Counted from the first letter of the stretch, positions 26,726 through 37,107 are shown. The stretch is DNA of 51,934 bases from Acidobacteriota bacterium (GCA_020350445.1 CP070717.1:2399827-2451760), one strand, 5' to 3'. A program made the numbers and translations. Notes: generated by a model from the sequence alone, not told the origin.

Positions 26726-28501
26726 ATGACGATTGACATGGTTCTGCTTACACTGATTCTCATCGGCGCAGCCGTCGTGTTCGCACTCGATATCTGGCCG
26801 GTGGATCGTGTCAGTATTCTCGTACTGGGCGCCCTGGTCCTGACCAGACTCATCACTCCAGGTGAAGCCGTTTCCGGGTTCGGAAATCCAGCTACGATCA
26901 CTGTGGCCTGTATGCTGGCTCTCAGTTACGGGGTGGAACGTTCGGGAGGTCTGAATCTGCTCGCCAACCGGATCGTCGACCTGTCGAAGGGAAGTGAATT
27001 CAAGGTTCTCGCCTCGGTTCTTGCAGCGGTTGGAGTTTTGTCTGCCTTCATCAACAATACGGCTGCCGTTGCACTTTTTCTGCCCCTGACTCTTGCGGTA
27101 GCACGCGAACAGAATCTCAGCCCCAGTAAACTCCTCATGCCGATGTCGTTTGCGGCCATGAGTGCCGGACTCTGCACCTTGATCGGAACCTCCACGAACC
27201 TCCTGGTCTATGCACTCGCCAAAGATATGATCGGCTGGGAGATCGGGATGTTTGAGATTAGCCACCTCGGGTTCATCCTCTTCCTGACAGGGGCAATCTA
27301 CCTCCTGACCCTGGGTCGCAAGATCATCCCCGAGAGGCGCCGAAAAGAAGGTCTCACAGACAACTACGAACTCCGGCATTTTGTCACGGAGCTGATCCTT
27401 CACGAAGACTCCCCGCTGATCGGGAAGACCCTTTGTGAAACCCAATTGGGGGAAACCGACGATATCGAGGTCATTGAGATCATCCGGGGAAAGGAACGTT
27501 TTCTCCCCTCGGCTGCACAAGTCCTGCAGGCAAAGGATCTGCTTCTCGTGCGGGGCCCAACCACGACCCTCATGCGCCTCAAGGACCAGTACGGTGTCTC
27601 GATCAAGGCTCTTTCCCTTTCGGACGGCGATCTCGAGGACGAGAGCATTACGCTGGTGGAGGCTTTCATCTCACCGACTTCGAGCCTGATAGAAAGGAAC
27701 ATCAAGGAAGTCGACTTCCGCCGTACCTATCGCGCAATCGCTCTGGCGCTGCGCAGCCATGGCCGGACCATTCGGGAGAAAATTGCCAAGATTCCACTGG
27801 AATTCGGTGATTCGTTGCTGATCCTGACCACTCGAAGCGAGTTGGAAGTCCTTCGGACCTCCACCGACTTCCTCGTGCTGGAGGAAGTGCGAATCACGAA
27901 GATCCGGAAACGGGACTTTTACTGGGCGGTGGGGATCTTTGTCGCGATTGTCGTGATCGCCTCCCTCGGACTACTCTCGATCCTGGAAGCCGCCATTGTC
28001 GGGGTTGCCGCCATGGTCCTATCTGGATGCATTCGTCTGCACGACCTTTACAATCACCTCTCCTGGCAGACCCTGATCATGCTGGCCTGCCTTATCCCTC
28101 TGGGACATGCTTTGCAGAACACCGGACTCGCGACGATGATCGCAACCCAGCTGGTTGAACTCCTGCGGGATTTCGGAGCGACCGCGGTCCTGAGTGGGCT
28201 TTATCTTCTGACAATCATTCTGACCTCGATTATGTCGAACAATGCGACAGCCGTCTTGATGGTCCCGATTGCCGTATCGATCTCAAACCAGCTTTCGGTC
28301 CGGCCCGAGCCGTTCATCATCGCGGTGATGTTTGCTGCCTCGGCCAGCTTTCTGACTCCTGTCGGCTACCAGACCAATTCCTTTATCTTCGGACCGGGTG
28401 GATACCGCTTCTCAGACTTTACCCGGGTAGGAGGACCATTGAATCTGGTATTCTGGATTCTCGCTTCGGTCCTCATTCCGGTGTTCTGGCCCTTCGATTG
28501 A
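26726..28501 (+). CDS. SLC13/DASS family permease with two TrkA-C domains
   Basis: SAFINNTAAVA, LCTLIGTSTNLLV, central TrkA-C domains (SPLIGKTL; SSLIERNI), SIMSNNATAVL and SFLTPVGYQTN..FGPGGYRFSDF. Confidence 0.92.
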   Translation: MTIDMVLLTLILIGAAVVFALDIWPVDRVSILVLGALVLTRLITPGEAVSGFGNPATITVACMLALSYGVERSGGLNLLANRIVDLSKGSEFKVLASVLAAVGVLSAFINNTAAVALFLPLTLAVAREQNLSPSKLLMPMSFAAMSAGLCTLIGTSTNLLVYALAKDMIGWEIGMFEISHLGFILFLTGAIYLLTLGRKIIPERRRKEGLTDNYELRHFVTELILHEDSPLIGKTLCETQLGETDDIEVIEIIRGKERFLPSAAQVLQAKDLLLVRGPTTTLMRLKDQYGVSIKALSLSDGDLEDESITLVEAFISPTSSLIERNIKEVDFRRTYRAIALALRSHGRTIREKIAKIPLEFGDSLLILTTRSELEVLRTSTDFLVLEEVRITKIRKRDFYWAVGIFVAIVVIASLGLLSILEAAIVGVAAMVLSGCIRLHDLYNHLSWQTLIMLACLIPLGHALQNTGLATMIATQLVELLRDFGATAVLSGLYLLTIILTSIMSNNATAVLMVPIAVSISNQLSVRPEPFIIAVMFAASASFLTPVGYQTNSFIFGPGGYRFSDFTRVGGPLNLVFWILASVLIPVFWPFD

Positions 28502-28529
28502 GGCCGGGAAGAAGACCCATTGAGCATTC

Positions 28530-28558
28530 TTGACTTGTGAGTCCAGAATCGATAGAAC
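28530..28558 (+). promoter_or_regulatory. Sigma70-type promoter of the bactofilin gene
   Basis: TTGACT-N17-TAGAAC, with a GGAGA SD before ATG 28591. Confidence 0.55.
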
Positions 28559-28590
28559 TAAATCAGTACATCACTGGAGAATAGTGTCTT

Positions 28591-29121
28591 ATGTGGAAGA
28601 AGAGCGAGAATTCAACTGAAGTACCTACCCAGAATATCAGTCCGGCCCAGTCCCACCCCCAGCCGGTCCGTGAGCAGGCAATCATCGGGTCGTCGTTGCT
28701 GGTCAAGGGTGACGTAACGGGCGAAGAGGACTTGACCATCCAGGGCCAGGTCGAAGGCAAGGTCATTCTCAAGAAGAATGGCGTGACAATTGGGAAGAAC
28801 GGGCGCGTCAAAGCTGATGTATATGGAAAGACGATCAGCGTAGAAGGTAGCGTTCAAGGTAATCTTCACGCTGAAGAGAGGATCATCGTTCGTCAGACCG
28901 GAAATGTCCGCGGCAATCTGCACGCTCCCCGTGTCACCTTGGAAGACGGTGCCCAGTTCAAAGGGAGCATCGATATGGAGGGCAAGGAGCGAGAGAAGCC
29001 AGAAACAGTTCAGCCCACCATCACCACGCCAAAGAGTGATTCAGGAGGGACAGGGGCAAAGCCTCAGGATTCTGGTCAAGGTCGATTGGGGATCAATGTG
29101 AAACCCCCATCCAAGACATGA
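28591..29121 (+). CDS. Bactofilin (polymer-forming cytoskeletal protein)
   Basis: IIGSSLLVKGDVTGEEDLTIQGQVEG.V...VTIG.NG.V.A...I.VEG.V.GN...G.V.G...A..V..E.GA.FKGSIDM. Confidence 0.93.
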   Translation: MWKKSENSTEVPTQNISPAQSHPQPVREQAIIGSSLLVKGDVTGEEDLTIQGQVEGKVILKKNGVTIGKNGRVKADVYGKTISVEGSVQGNLHAEERIIVRQTGNVRGNLHAPRVTLEDGAQFKGSIDMEGKEREKPETVQPTITTPKSDSGGTGAKPQDSGQGRLGINVKPPSKT

Positions 29122-29759
29122 GACTTTGGTTCAATTCAAAACTAGAGAAGACTCCGGAACCGGCGAAGAAAAGGGTCGAAAGGAAACTGGAGGTTCATCG
29201 ATCTCTAGCTCTCAATATTCTTTTCCACCAGTTCCGGGAGTCCCAACACTATAGAATTCTCGATCTGGGGCGAGCCTTCGGACAGAATGTTGACTTCTTT
29301 TCGCAGTTCTCATGCAAGCTCCACATCGAGGATCTATACGATTCGCTCAGCTCATTCGACTACTTTTCTCCCTCCGATGGATTCTCGTACGAAACCGTCT
29401 ATTCCTACCTGCTCCCCTTCTTCAAGAATGCTCCTTTCGACATCATTTTGGCTTGGGATCTCTTCAACCACCTCGATCGGAATGAGTTCAAGCATCTAAT
29501 CCTCCACCTTGGACAGTACTCCAAGAAGGGAACGATGCTGTTCACACTGATCTCGATGGAAAAGCACATTCCTGAGAAACCTGTACAGTTCAAGATTGTC
29601 GACGAGGAACATCTCCTTTATTTGACTGATCCCGGCGTCATGAAGAAATGCCCCAAGTGGGAGAAATCGGATCTCGATCACCTGATGCCCAACTTCCGGG
29701 TCTGCAATTCCTTCCTCCTGCGTAACGGCTTCAAGGAATACCTCTTCCTGTACGAGTAA
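29118..29759 (+). CDS. Hypothetical protein with a probable class I SAM-methyltransferase-like fold
   Basis: YRILDLGRAFG (degenerate motif I) and FDIILAWDLFNHL (post-II/IV-like). ATGA overlap with the bactofilin gene. Confidence 0.6.
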   Translation: MRLWFNSKLEKTPEPAKKRVERKLEVHRSLALNILFHQFRESQHYRILDLGRAFGQNVDFFSQFSCKLHIEDLYDSLSSFDYFSPSDGFSYETVYSYLLPFFKNAPFDIILAWDLFNHLDRNEFKHLILHLGQYSKKGTMLFTLISMEKHIPEKPVQFKIVDEEHLLYLTDPGVMKKCPKWEKSDLDHLMPNFRVCNSFLLRNGFKEYLFLYE

Positions 29760-29835
29760 TCCTCGATCTCTGCTCAGTGCCCCGAATCCAGCGGCCATCC
29801 AATCTCATTTTTGAGTTTGCGATAGAATGACCCGC

Positions 29836-32800
29836 ATGAAGTTGAGATCCAAGCTCGTCGGTATGACGATCCTAATTGCTTTGACTGTTGCAGTTTACGT
29901 TCTCTTCCCCAGTCTGGCTGAGGCGCAGACGAATGACCCGGTCACGGAAATCCTGTACCGTAACAATCGCGGGGTTGCCCTCCTCGACCAGTACAAGTTC
30001 AAAGAGGCCGCCTCACAGTTCCAGGGCATTCTCGATCTTGACTCAAAAGTGCTTCCCGCCATTGTGAATCTCGGAATCGCATACTTCTACGATCAGCAGT
30101 ATGAAGCCGCGGAGACAGCACTCCAGAATGCGCTGAAGATCGAACCCAACGAGATCCACTCACATTACCTTCTGGGATTGATCTACCGCAACCAGGACGA
30201 AGTGGAGAGCGCGATCCGCTCGTTCGAAGCTGTGAGTCGACAGGATCCAGTTGATCCTTCAACAAACTACTACCTCGGACGCCTCTACATGCGGCAGCGG
30301 GACTACGAGACTGCCGGCAAGTTCTTCAAGATGGTCATTGACCAGGAACCGTATAACGCCTCGGCCCACTACAACCTGGCGACCGCGCTGAGCCGAAGTG
30401 GAAAGCGAGAGGAAGGCCGGGCCGAAATGGATGAGTTCCGTCGTCTCCAGAGCCTCTTCGGAAGCACGACGGTTGGACTCCAGTATCTAGAGCAGGGGCG
30501 CTACGCCATTGCGATCGACAATGTCGCCGACAAGTATCTTCCGGGGAAACCCCGGCAGGAAGCCACCGCTATCACGGTCAAGTTCACGGAAACGGCCGCC
30601 GAATCAGGCCTGGCATTCAAACATGCCGGTCCCGGGACCTCGGACATGAAAGCAGCCGACTGGAACCAGGTGGGCTCCAAGATCGCACCGTTTGTTGGCT
30701 CGGGCATTGCAGCCGGCGATTTTGACCAGGATGGCTGGATGGATCTCTACCTGTCCAACGCGGGGCCGGGTGGAGCTCAGGGGGCCCTCTTCCGCAATCA
30801 GGGTGACGGGACCTTTGAGAACGTTACGGCGAAGTCAGGGCTTACCTACAAGGGCCAGACGATGCAGGCGTTCTGGGGTGATTACAACAACGACTTCTAT
30901 CCCGATCTCTACCTGGTGAACTACGGCCCCAATGCCCTCTTTCAGAACCAGAAGGATGGAACGTTCAAGAACGTCTCCGCTGAAACGGGAACCGGATCCG
31001 CTGACTGGGGAATTGGTGGATCATTCGTCGATTATGACCATGACGGCGACCTCGATATTTATGTAGCCAACTTCTCCAAAGCTTCTGGCTCGGGCGATCC
31101 TGGGACGATTCCCGGCCAGCTGCCCGGAGCACGCAACGTCGTCTACAGGAACAATGGAGACGGGACCTTCACTGACGTCTCGGTCGAGTCGAAACTCGAT
31201 GGTGGCGATATGAGAACGTCTGCGATCATCGCGGCCGACTTCGATAACACCCGTGATATCGACTTTCTCCTCGTCAACCAGGGCGGAACGAACCAGCTGC
31301 TGACGAACCTGCGGGACGGTACGTTCCGGTCAGCATCGGACCTGGCCTTTGCCAAGAATGCAAACGGAGTCGGAGTAGGCGCGGGTGACATCAACCGAGA
31401 TGGCCTGATCGATATTGCGATCGCCTCATTGCAGTCGGGAGGATCTGACCTTTATCTCAACCGCGGACTCAGCCGTTTCGAGCCAATCGGTGCCGGGCTG
31501 AAGTCCCTGCTCAACGATTCCGCCCAGAGCATCCAGATGTTTGACTTCGACAATGATGGCGACCTGGATGTCCTCGCGTTGACCTCTTCACTGTTTGCCT
31601 CGACGCAGCCTCTCAATCGCGGCCAGAACCTGCGCCTTCTTGAAAACCAGGGCAGCAAGTTCGTCGACGTCTCGACGAAGACCGGCATTGCCAGTATCGC
31701 GGCAAAACCGATTCGTGGAGTCACCACCACCGACTACGACAACGATGGGGACCTGGATCTGGCGATCAACGTCAATGGCGCCGCACCGCTCCTGCTGAGG
31801 AACGACGGCGGGAATCAGAACAACTGGATTTCAGTCAAACTGGTTGGGAGCAACAGCAACAAGTCCGGAATCGGTGTCAAAGCTGAAGTCAAGGTGGGCA
31901 ATCTCTGGCAGAAGAAGGAGACCTTCGGAGGCCACGGATTCCTGATGGACAGCCCTCCCGTCCTGCATTTCGGCCTCGGAAAGAACAAACAGGCCGATGT
32001 TGTCCGGCTGGTCTGGCCGAACGGAGTCCTGCAGTCCGAGATTGATACGCCGGCCAACCAGGCCGTCGAAATCCAGGAACTGGACCGCAAAGGAACCAGT
32101 TGCCCGATCATGTACGTGTGGGATGGATCCAACTACCGGTTCCAGACCGATTTTCTCGGTGGCAGTGCCTACGGCAGTCTCCTGGCTCCCGGGATCTACA
32201 ACTATCCCGACACCAATGAATACATCAAGCTGAACCGCACGGAAGTGGCACTCAAGGATGGTGACCTGGCCATCACGCTGAATAACCAGCTCGAAGAGGT
32301 AATCCTGTTCGATGAGCTCAAGCTCGTGGCAGTCGACCACCCGGCAGAATACGATATCTATCCCGATGAGAAGCTTCTGCCCGGTCCTCCATACCAGGAT
32401 TTCAGAATCCTGACGGCGAACTCGGCTGTACCGCCGCAGACCGCTGTTGATGACCGGGGACGCGATATCCTGCCGGCAATCAGCCAGATTGACCGAAGCT
32501 ACCCGGAAGTCCGAAACCCCTATCCATTCAAGGGTTACTCCGATCTGCATTCGATCACCCTCGACCTCGGTCAGGTCTCTGACGAATACGCAGTGCTGCT
32601 GATGCATGCCTGGATCGACTACGCGGATAGTTCAAGCAACCTGGCAGCTTCCCAGGCCCAGGTGAAACTGGTCCCGCCATACCTTCAGGTCGAGGACGAG
32701 CATGGAAACTGGGTAACCGTGATCGAAAGGATGGGTTTCCCGGCTGGCCTACCCAAGACGATGACCGTCGATCTGTCAGGCAGGTTCCTCTCGGAATCCC

Positions 32801-33381
32801 GTAAGGTCCGGATCGTGACCAGTATGAAGATTTTCTGGGATCAGATTCTTGTGGCCAGTGGCAGCGCCCGATCCGATTTCGTCACGCATCGTATGGAAGC
32901 GAAGAGTGCCGATCTCCGCTACAAAGGCTTCCCCAAGTTTGACAATCCCGATGGAAAGCTCCCGAAGATGTACTTCTATGACGAGCCTTCACGTGCCGAA
33001 TGGAAAGTGCACGTTGGTGCCTACACCAAGTTCGGGGAAGTCGCTCCCCTTCTGACCAGTCAGGATGACATGTTCGTGATCACCCGGTCTGGAGATGAGA
33101 TCGAGGCGAAGTTCGATGTCGGTTCACTTCCCGCATTGCCGGAAGGGTGGGTCCGCGATTACCTGATTTACGTCGACGGCTTCGGAAAGGACATGGATCC
33201 GAATTCTGCGGCACCGCAGTTCCTCGGTCCCCTTCCATTCCATGGGATGTCGGCCTTTCCCTATCCGGCAGGCGAATCGTACCCGCTTTCTGAGAAACAT
33301 CGGAAGTATCTCGAGGAGTGGAACACGCGAGTCTATGAACAGGCCGTACCCGAGATCTCGAAGGTCCGCGCCGAGGAATAG
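29836..33381 (+). CDS. Large exported TPR + FG-GAP beta-propeller + ASPIC/UnbV (CRTAC1-like) protein with an uncharacterised C-terminal domain
   Basis: Signal/TM segment and about 5 TPRs. Seven FG-GAP-like blades (GDFDQDGWMDLY, GDYNNDFYPDLY, VDYDHDGDLDIY, ADFDNTRDIDFL, GDINRDGLIDIA, FDFDNDGDLDVL, TDYDNDGDLDLA). ASPIC-like LHFGLG...VWPNG, then SCPIMYVWDG. Start moved to ATG 29836 (TAGAAT lies 7 nt upstream). Confidence 0.88.
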   Translation: MKLRSKLVGMTILIALTVAVYVLFPSLAEAQTNDPVTEILYRNNRGVALLDQYKFKEAASQFQGILDLDSKVLPAIVNLGIAYFYDQQYEAAETALQNALKIEPNEIHSHYLLGLIYRNQDEVESAIRSFEAVSRQDPVDPSTNYYLGRLYMRQRDYETAGKFFKMVIDQEPYNASAHYNLATALSRSGKREEGRAEMDEFRRLQSLFGSTTVGLQYLEQGRYAIAIDNVADKYLPGKPRQEATAITVKFTETAAESGLAFKHAGPGTSDMKAADWNQVGSKIAPFVGSGIAAGDFDQDGWMDLYLSNAGPGGAQGALFRNQGDGTFENVTAKSGLTYKGQTMQAFWGDYNNDFYPDLYLVNYGPNALFQNQKDGTFKNVSAETGTGSADWGIGGSFVDYDHDGDLDIYVANFSKASGSGDPGTIPGQLPGARNVVYRNNGDGTFTDVSVESKLDGGDMRTSAIIAADFDNTRDIDFLLVNQGGTNQLLTNLRDGTFRSASDLAFAKNANGVGVGAGDINRDGLIDIAIASLQSGGSDLYLNRGLSRFEPIGAGLKSLLNDSAQSIQMFDFDNDGDLDVLALTSSLFASTQPLNRGQNLRLLENQGSKFVDVSTKTGIASIAAKPIRGVTTTDYDNDGDLDLAINVNGAAPLLLRNDGGNQNNWISVKLVGSNSNKSGIGVKAEVKVGNLWQKKETFGGHGFLMDSPPVLHFGLGKNKQADVVRLVWPNGVLQSEIDTPANQAVEIQELDRKGTSCPIMYVWDGSNYRFQTDFLGGSAYGSLLAPGIYNYPDTNEYIKLNRTEVALKDGDLAITLNNQLEEVILFDELKLVAVDHPAEYDIYPDEKLLPGPPYQDFRILTANSAVPPQTAVDDRGRDILPAISQIDRSYPEVRNPYPFKGYSDLHSITLDLGQVSDEYAVLLMHAWIDYADSSSNLAASQAQVKLVPPYLQVEDEHGNWVTVIERMGFPAGLPKTMTVDLSGRFLSESRKVRIVTSMKIFWDQILVASGSARSDFVTHRMEAKSADLRYKGFPKFDNPDGKLPKMYFYDEPSRAEWKVHVGAYTKFGEVAPLLTSQDDMFVITRSGDEIEAKFDVGSLPALPEGWVRDYLIYVDGFGKDMDPNSAAPQFLGPLPFHGMSAFPYPAGESYPLSEKHRKYLEEWNTRVYEQAVPEISKVRAEE

Positions 33382-33433
33382 GCAGCCACTCTAAAGGTCT
33401 AAATGTCAACAGTTGTGCTATCTTGTCTAGCCT

Positions 33434-33994
<561 letters not shown>

Positions 33995-34011
33995 CTGCGG
34001 ACCAGCTAGCG

Positions 34012-35691
34012 GTGAACGCCGAGATCGAACGCGAACAGCTTGAAGTCGATGTTCTCCTGGTCGGAGGTGGACCTGCGTCATTGAGCGCGGCCTACCACCT
34101 CTCACGCCTGGTCGAAACCCACAACGAAGCGGTTTCGAGCGGGAAGCAGTCCGGAAAGCCTCTCGAACCCGTTATCCTCGTCATCGAGAAAGGGAAAGAG
34201 ATCGGTGCCCACGGACTCAGCGGAGCCGTTGTCGATCCCAGGGGATTCGACGAACTGCTCGCTGACGACGCCACCTCTGCACCTCCCTACGACTGCCCAG
34301 TTACAACGGACAGTGTCCACTTCTTGACCGAGAAACGCTCGTTCCGGTTCCCTGTTACGCCTCCACCTCTTCGGAATCACGGCAACTACCTGGCTTCCCT
34401 CGGACGGATCAATCGCTGGCTGGGGGATCTCTGTGAGCAGCAGGGTGTCGAAGTCTATGCGGGTTTTCCTGCCACTGAACTGCTCCTGGACGGAGACCGG
34501 GTCATCGGTGCCCGGATGGCCGACAGCGGCGTGGGAGCGGATGGGCAACCCAGAGACAACTTCGAGCCGGGAATGGACGTTATCGCGAACTTGACGATTC
34601 TCGGAGAGGGCCCGCGAGGAACTCTCCTCGGACAGGCCCAGAAGAAGCTGGGACTTCAACAGGACCGTCAGCCTCAGATCTATGCCCTGGGGGTCAAGGA
34701 AGTCTGGAAAACAGATCGCCCCCTGGAACCCGGACAGGTCTATCACACGCTCGGTTTCCCCCTGGGAACGAAGGAGTTTGGAGGAGGGTTCATCTATACA
34801 ATGAACGATGGACTCATCCATGTGGGATTCGTTGCTGGACTCGACTATGCCGATCCCCGTACGGACGGTCATCGCCTGCTCCAGGAATTCAAGAAGCACC
34901 CCTTTGTCGAAGGATTGCTCGATACGGCTGAATTGGTCGCCTATGGCGCCAAGGCAATTCCCGAGGGTGGCTACTATGCCATGCCCCAGCACCAGTCAGA
35001 TGGACTGTTGATCACCGGAGATTCGGGAGGATTCCTGAATGCGCAGCGGCTCAAGGGCATTCACCTGGCGGTCAAATCGGGGATGCTGGCGGCAGAAACC
35101 GCGTTTGAGGCCCTCATCAAGGAAGACTTTTCCAGTGCGACGCTGGGTAACTACTCAACGCGCGTTGAAAACAGCTGGATCAAGGAGGAACTCTGGCCGG
35201 TCCGCAACTTCCGACAAGCCTACCAGTCTGGCTTCTGGAAGGGAGTTTTCCATACAGGAATCCAGTTCCTGACCGGAGGACGTGGGCTCAAAGATCCCCT
35301 GCCGATAACTCCCGGCCATGAGATGATGCAGCGACTCGAGGGTGCAGGGGAGACGAACTCCCCGCTCGACGCCGACGGCAAACTGACGTTCGATAAGCTG
35401 TCGAGCGTTTATTTTGCCGACACTTCTCATGAAGAGGATCAACCGTCGCACCTCAAAGTGTTGAATCCAGCAGTCTGTGTCAAGCAGTGCGCCGAGGAAT
35501 TCGGAAATCCGTGCCAGTACTTCTGTCCGGCCAACGTCTACGAAATCCTCTCAGAATCGGTTTCCAAGAAGCTCCGGATCAACTTCAGCAACTGTGTCCA
35601 CTGTAAGACCTGCGAAATCATGGACCCCTACCAGGTCATTCTCTGGACACCCCCAGAAGGAGGCGGAGGCCCGGACTGGAAGGGTATGTAG
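34012..35691 (+). CDS. Electron transfer flavoprotein-ubiquinone oxidoreductase (FixC/FixX-like fusion)
   Basis: FAD motif DVLLVGGGPASLSAA, EKG.EIGAH.LSGA, KGIHLAVKSG, and a C-terminal Fe-S region C...C..FCPANVYE...NCVHCKTC. Confidence 0.93.
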   Translation: MNAEIEREQLEVDVLLVGGGPASLSAAYHLSRLVETHNEAVSSGKQSGKPLEPVILVIEKGKEIGAHGLSGAVVDPRGFDELLADDATSAPPYDCPVTTDSVHFLTEKRSFRFPVTPPPLRNHGNYLASLGRINRWLGDLCEQQGVEVYAGFPATELLLDGDRVIGARMADSGVGADGQPRDNFEPGMDVIANLTILGEGPRGTLLGQAQKKLGLQQDRQPQIYALGVKEVWKTDRPLEPGQVYHTLGFPLGTKEFGGGFIYTMNDGLIHVGFVAGLDYADPRTDGHRLLQEFKKHPFVEGLLDTAELVAYGAKAIPEGGYYAMPQHQSDGLLITGDSGGFLNAQRLKGIHLAVKSGMLAAETAFEALIKEDFSSATLGNYSTRVENSWIKEELWPVRNFRQAYQSGFWKGVFHTGIQFLTGGRGLKDPLPITPGHEMMQRLEGAGETNSPLDADGKLTFDKLSSVYFADTSHEEDQPSHLKVLNPAVCVKQCAEEFGNPCQYFCPANVYEILSESVSKKLRINFSNCVHCKTCEIMDPYQVILWTPPEGGGGPDWKGM

Positions 35692-35706
35692 GCCTCCGGT
35701 TGTCAC

Positions 35707-36669
35707 ATGAAAGTCTCGTTTCTCGGTGTCCTCGAGGCACGCCGACTGATTTCCAGGTACCTCATTCGAACTCCCTTGATCCACTATCCCCTGCTGTCGG
35801 GTTACCTGGGCTGCGAAGCCTTCGTGAAGCATGAGCACCATCACCCCACCGGAGCCTTCAAGATCCGGGGCGGATTGAACCTGGTGGCAAACCTTTCGGA
35901 ATCCGAACGGGCTGCCGGCGTAATTACAGCGACCCGTGGCAACCACGGCCAGTCTATAGCCCTGGCCTCAAGGATCTTCGGTGTCCGCTGTACAATCGTC
36001 GTCCCCCAGGGGAACAACCCCGAAAAGGATGAGGCGGTCAAGGCTTTCGGTGCCAACCTGGTGGTCCACGGAAAGGATTTTGACGAAGCCCGGTTGAAAG
36101 CAGAGGAATTGCGCCAGGAAACCGGAATGCGTTATGTCCATTCCGGAAACGAACCGCATCTGATCCATGGGGTCGGCACTTACGCCCTCGAGATCGTCGA
36201 GGATCTACCCGATGTCGATGTGATCTTCGTCCCAATCGGAGGTGGGAGCGGGGCCACGGGAATCCTGACAGTGGTTCGGAGAATCGCACCCAATGTGAAG
36301 GTTATCGGAGTCCAGGCGGAGAACGCACCGGCAGTTTATCGATCCTGGAAACAGGGGAAGATGATTCAAACCGATTCCGCAGATACCATCGCCGATGGGC
36401 TGGCCACACGAGTGCCATTCGAACTTCCCTTCTCTATTCTTCAAAAGCAGATCGACGAAATTGTCACCGTCTCTGAGGACGAGTTACGCACGGCGGTCTA
36501 TCAGTTCTTCCGGACCACCCATCAGGTAGCCGAACCTGCGGCCGCGGCGACTCTGGCAGCAGCCTATAAACTCAGATCCCGGCTGAAAGGACTCAAGACG
36601 GTCCTGATCCTTTCCGGCTGTAACATAGCTTCGAATCTCCTCGCAGAAATCCTGCAGGATCGCGACTGA
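35707..36669 (+). CDS. PLP-dependent threonine/serine dehydratase, short form without an ACT domain
   Basis: TGAFKIRGG (PLP Lys), ATRGNHGQ, VPIGGGSG, TIADGLA, AEPAAA and ILSGCN. Confidence 0.92.
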   Translation: MKVSFLGVLEARRLISRYLIRTPLIHYPLLSGYLGCEAFVKHEHHHPTGAFKIRGGLNLVANLSESERAAGVITATRGNHGQSIALASRIFGVRCTIVVPQGNNPEKDEAVKAFGANLVVHGKDFDEARLKAEELRQETGMRYVHSGNEPHLIHGVGTYALEIVEDLPDVDVIFVPIGGGSGATGILTVVRRIAPNVKVIGVQAENAPAVYRSWKQGKMIQTDSADTIADGLATRVPFELPFSILQKQIDEIVTVSEDELRTAVYQFFRTTHQVAEPAAAATLAAAYKLRSRLKGLKTVLILSGCNIASNLLAEILQDRD

Positions 36670-36841
36670 GACACCTCTCCCGAGAAATTTTCGAAACGTT
36701 CTGGAACTTGAAGCGTCTCCATGTTATGTTTGCGGCCTTCACGGTCAGACGAGTATCCAAGAAGTATCCCTGCAACAATATTTCGAAACTTAATGCAGCG
36801 GATTTTTGTATATAGAGTGAAATTCAGTAAGGAGTAGACCG

Positions 36842-37099
36842 ATGTGTAACCGACAAGTTCTCCGCAGCTATATTACTGGCCAGCTGGAGGAAGACGATCG
36901 ATTAGATTTCTTGATGCACCTGGATGATTGCCCAAATTGCTGGGAAGCCGTCTACAGTGCGGCCAAAGCCGAACACCCCCACTGGTACAAGCGGGCCTCA
37001 CGGCGAAGCAACAGCAAGCTCGAACTCGAGATGCGAAATGCCGATCTCGTGGTCGACACTGAGAATGAAGGCAACCAGAAGGTTTTCGAAGTCGCGTAA
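36842..37099 (+). CDS. Small soluble zf-HC2/ZAS-like zinc-finger protein with no adjacent sigma gene
   Basis: Strong SD (TAAGGAG). MC...L.SYITGQL...FLMHLDDCPNC (HxxxCxxC). No TM segment. Confidence 0.7.
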   Translation: MCNRQVLRSYITGQLEEDDRLDFLMHLDDCPNCWEAVYSAAKAEHPHWYKRASRRSNSKLELEMRNADLVVDTENEGNQKVFEVA

Positions 37100-37107
37100 A
37101 TCAGGCC

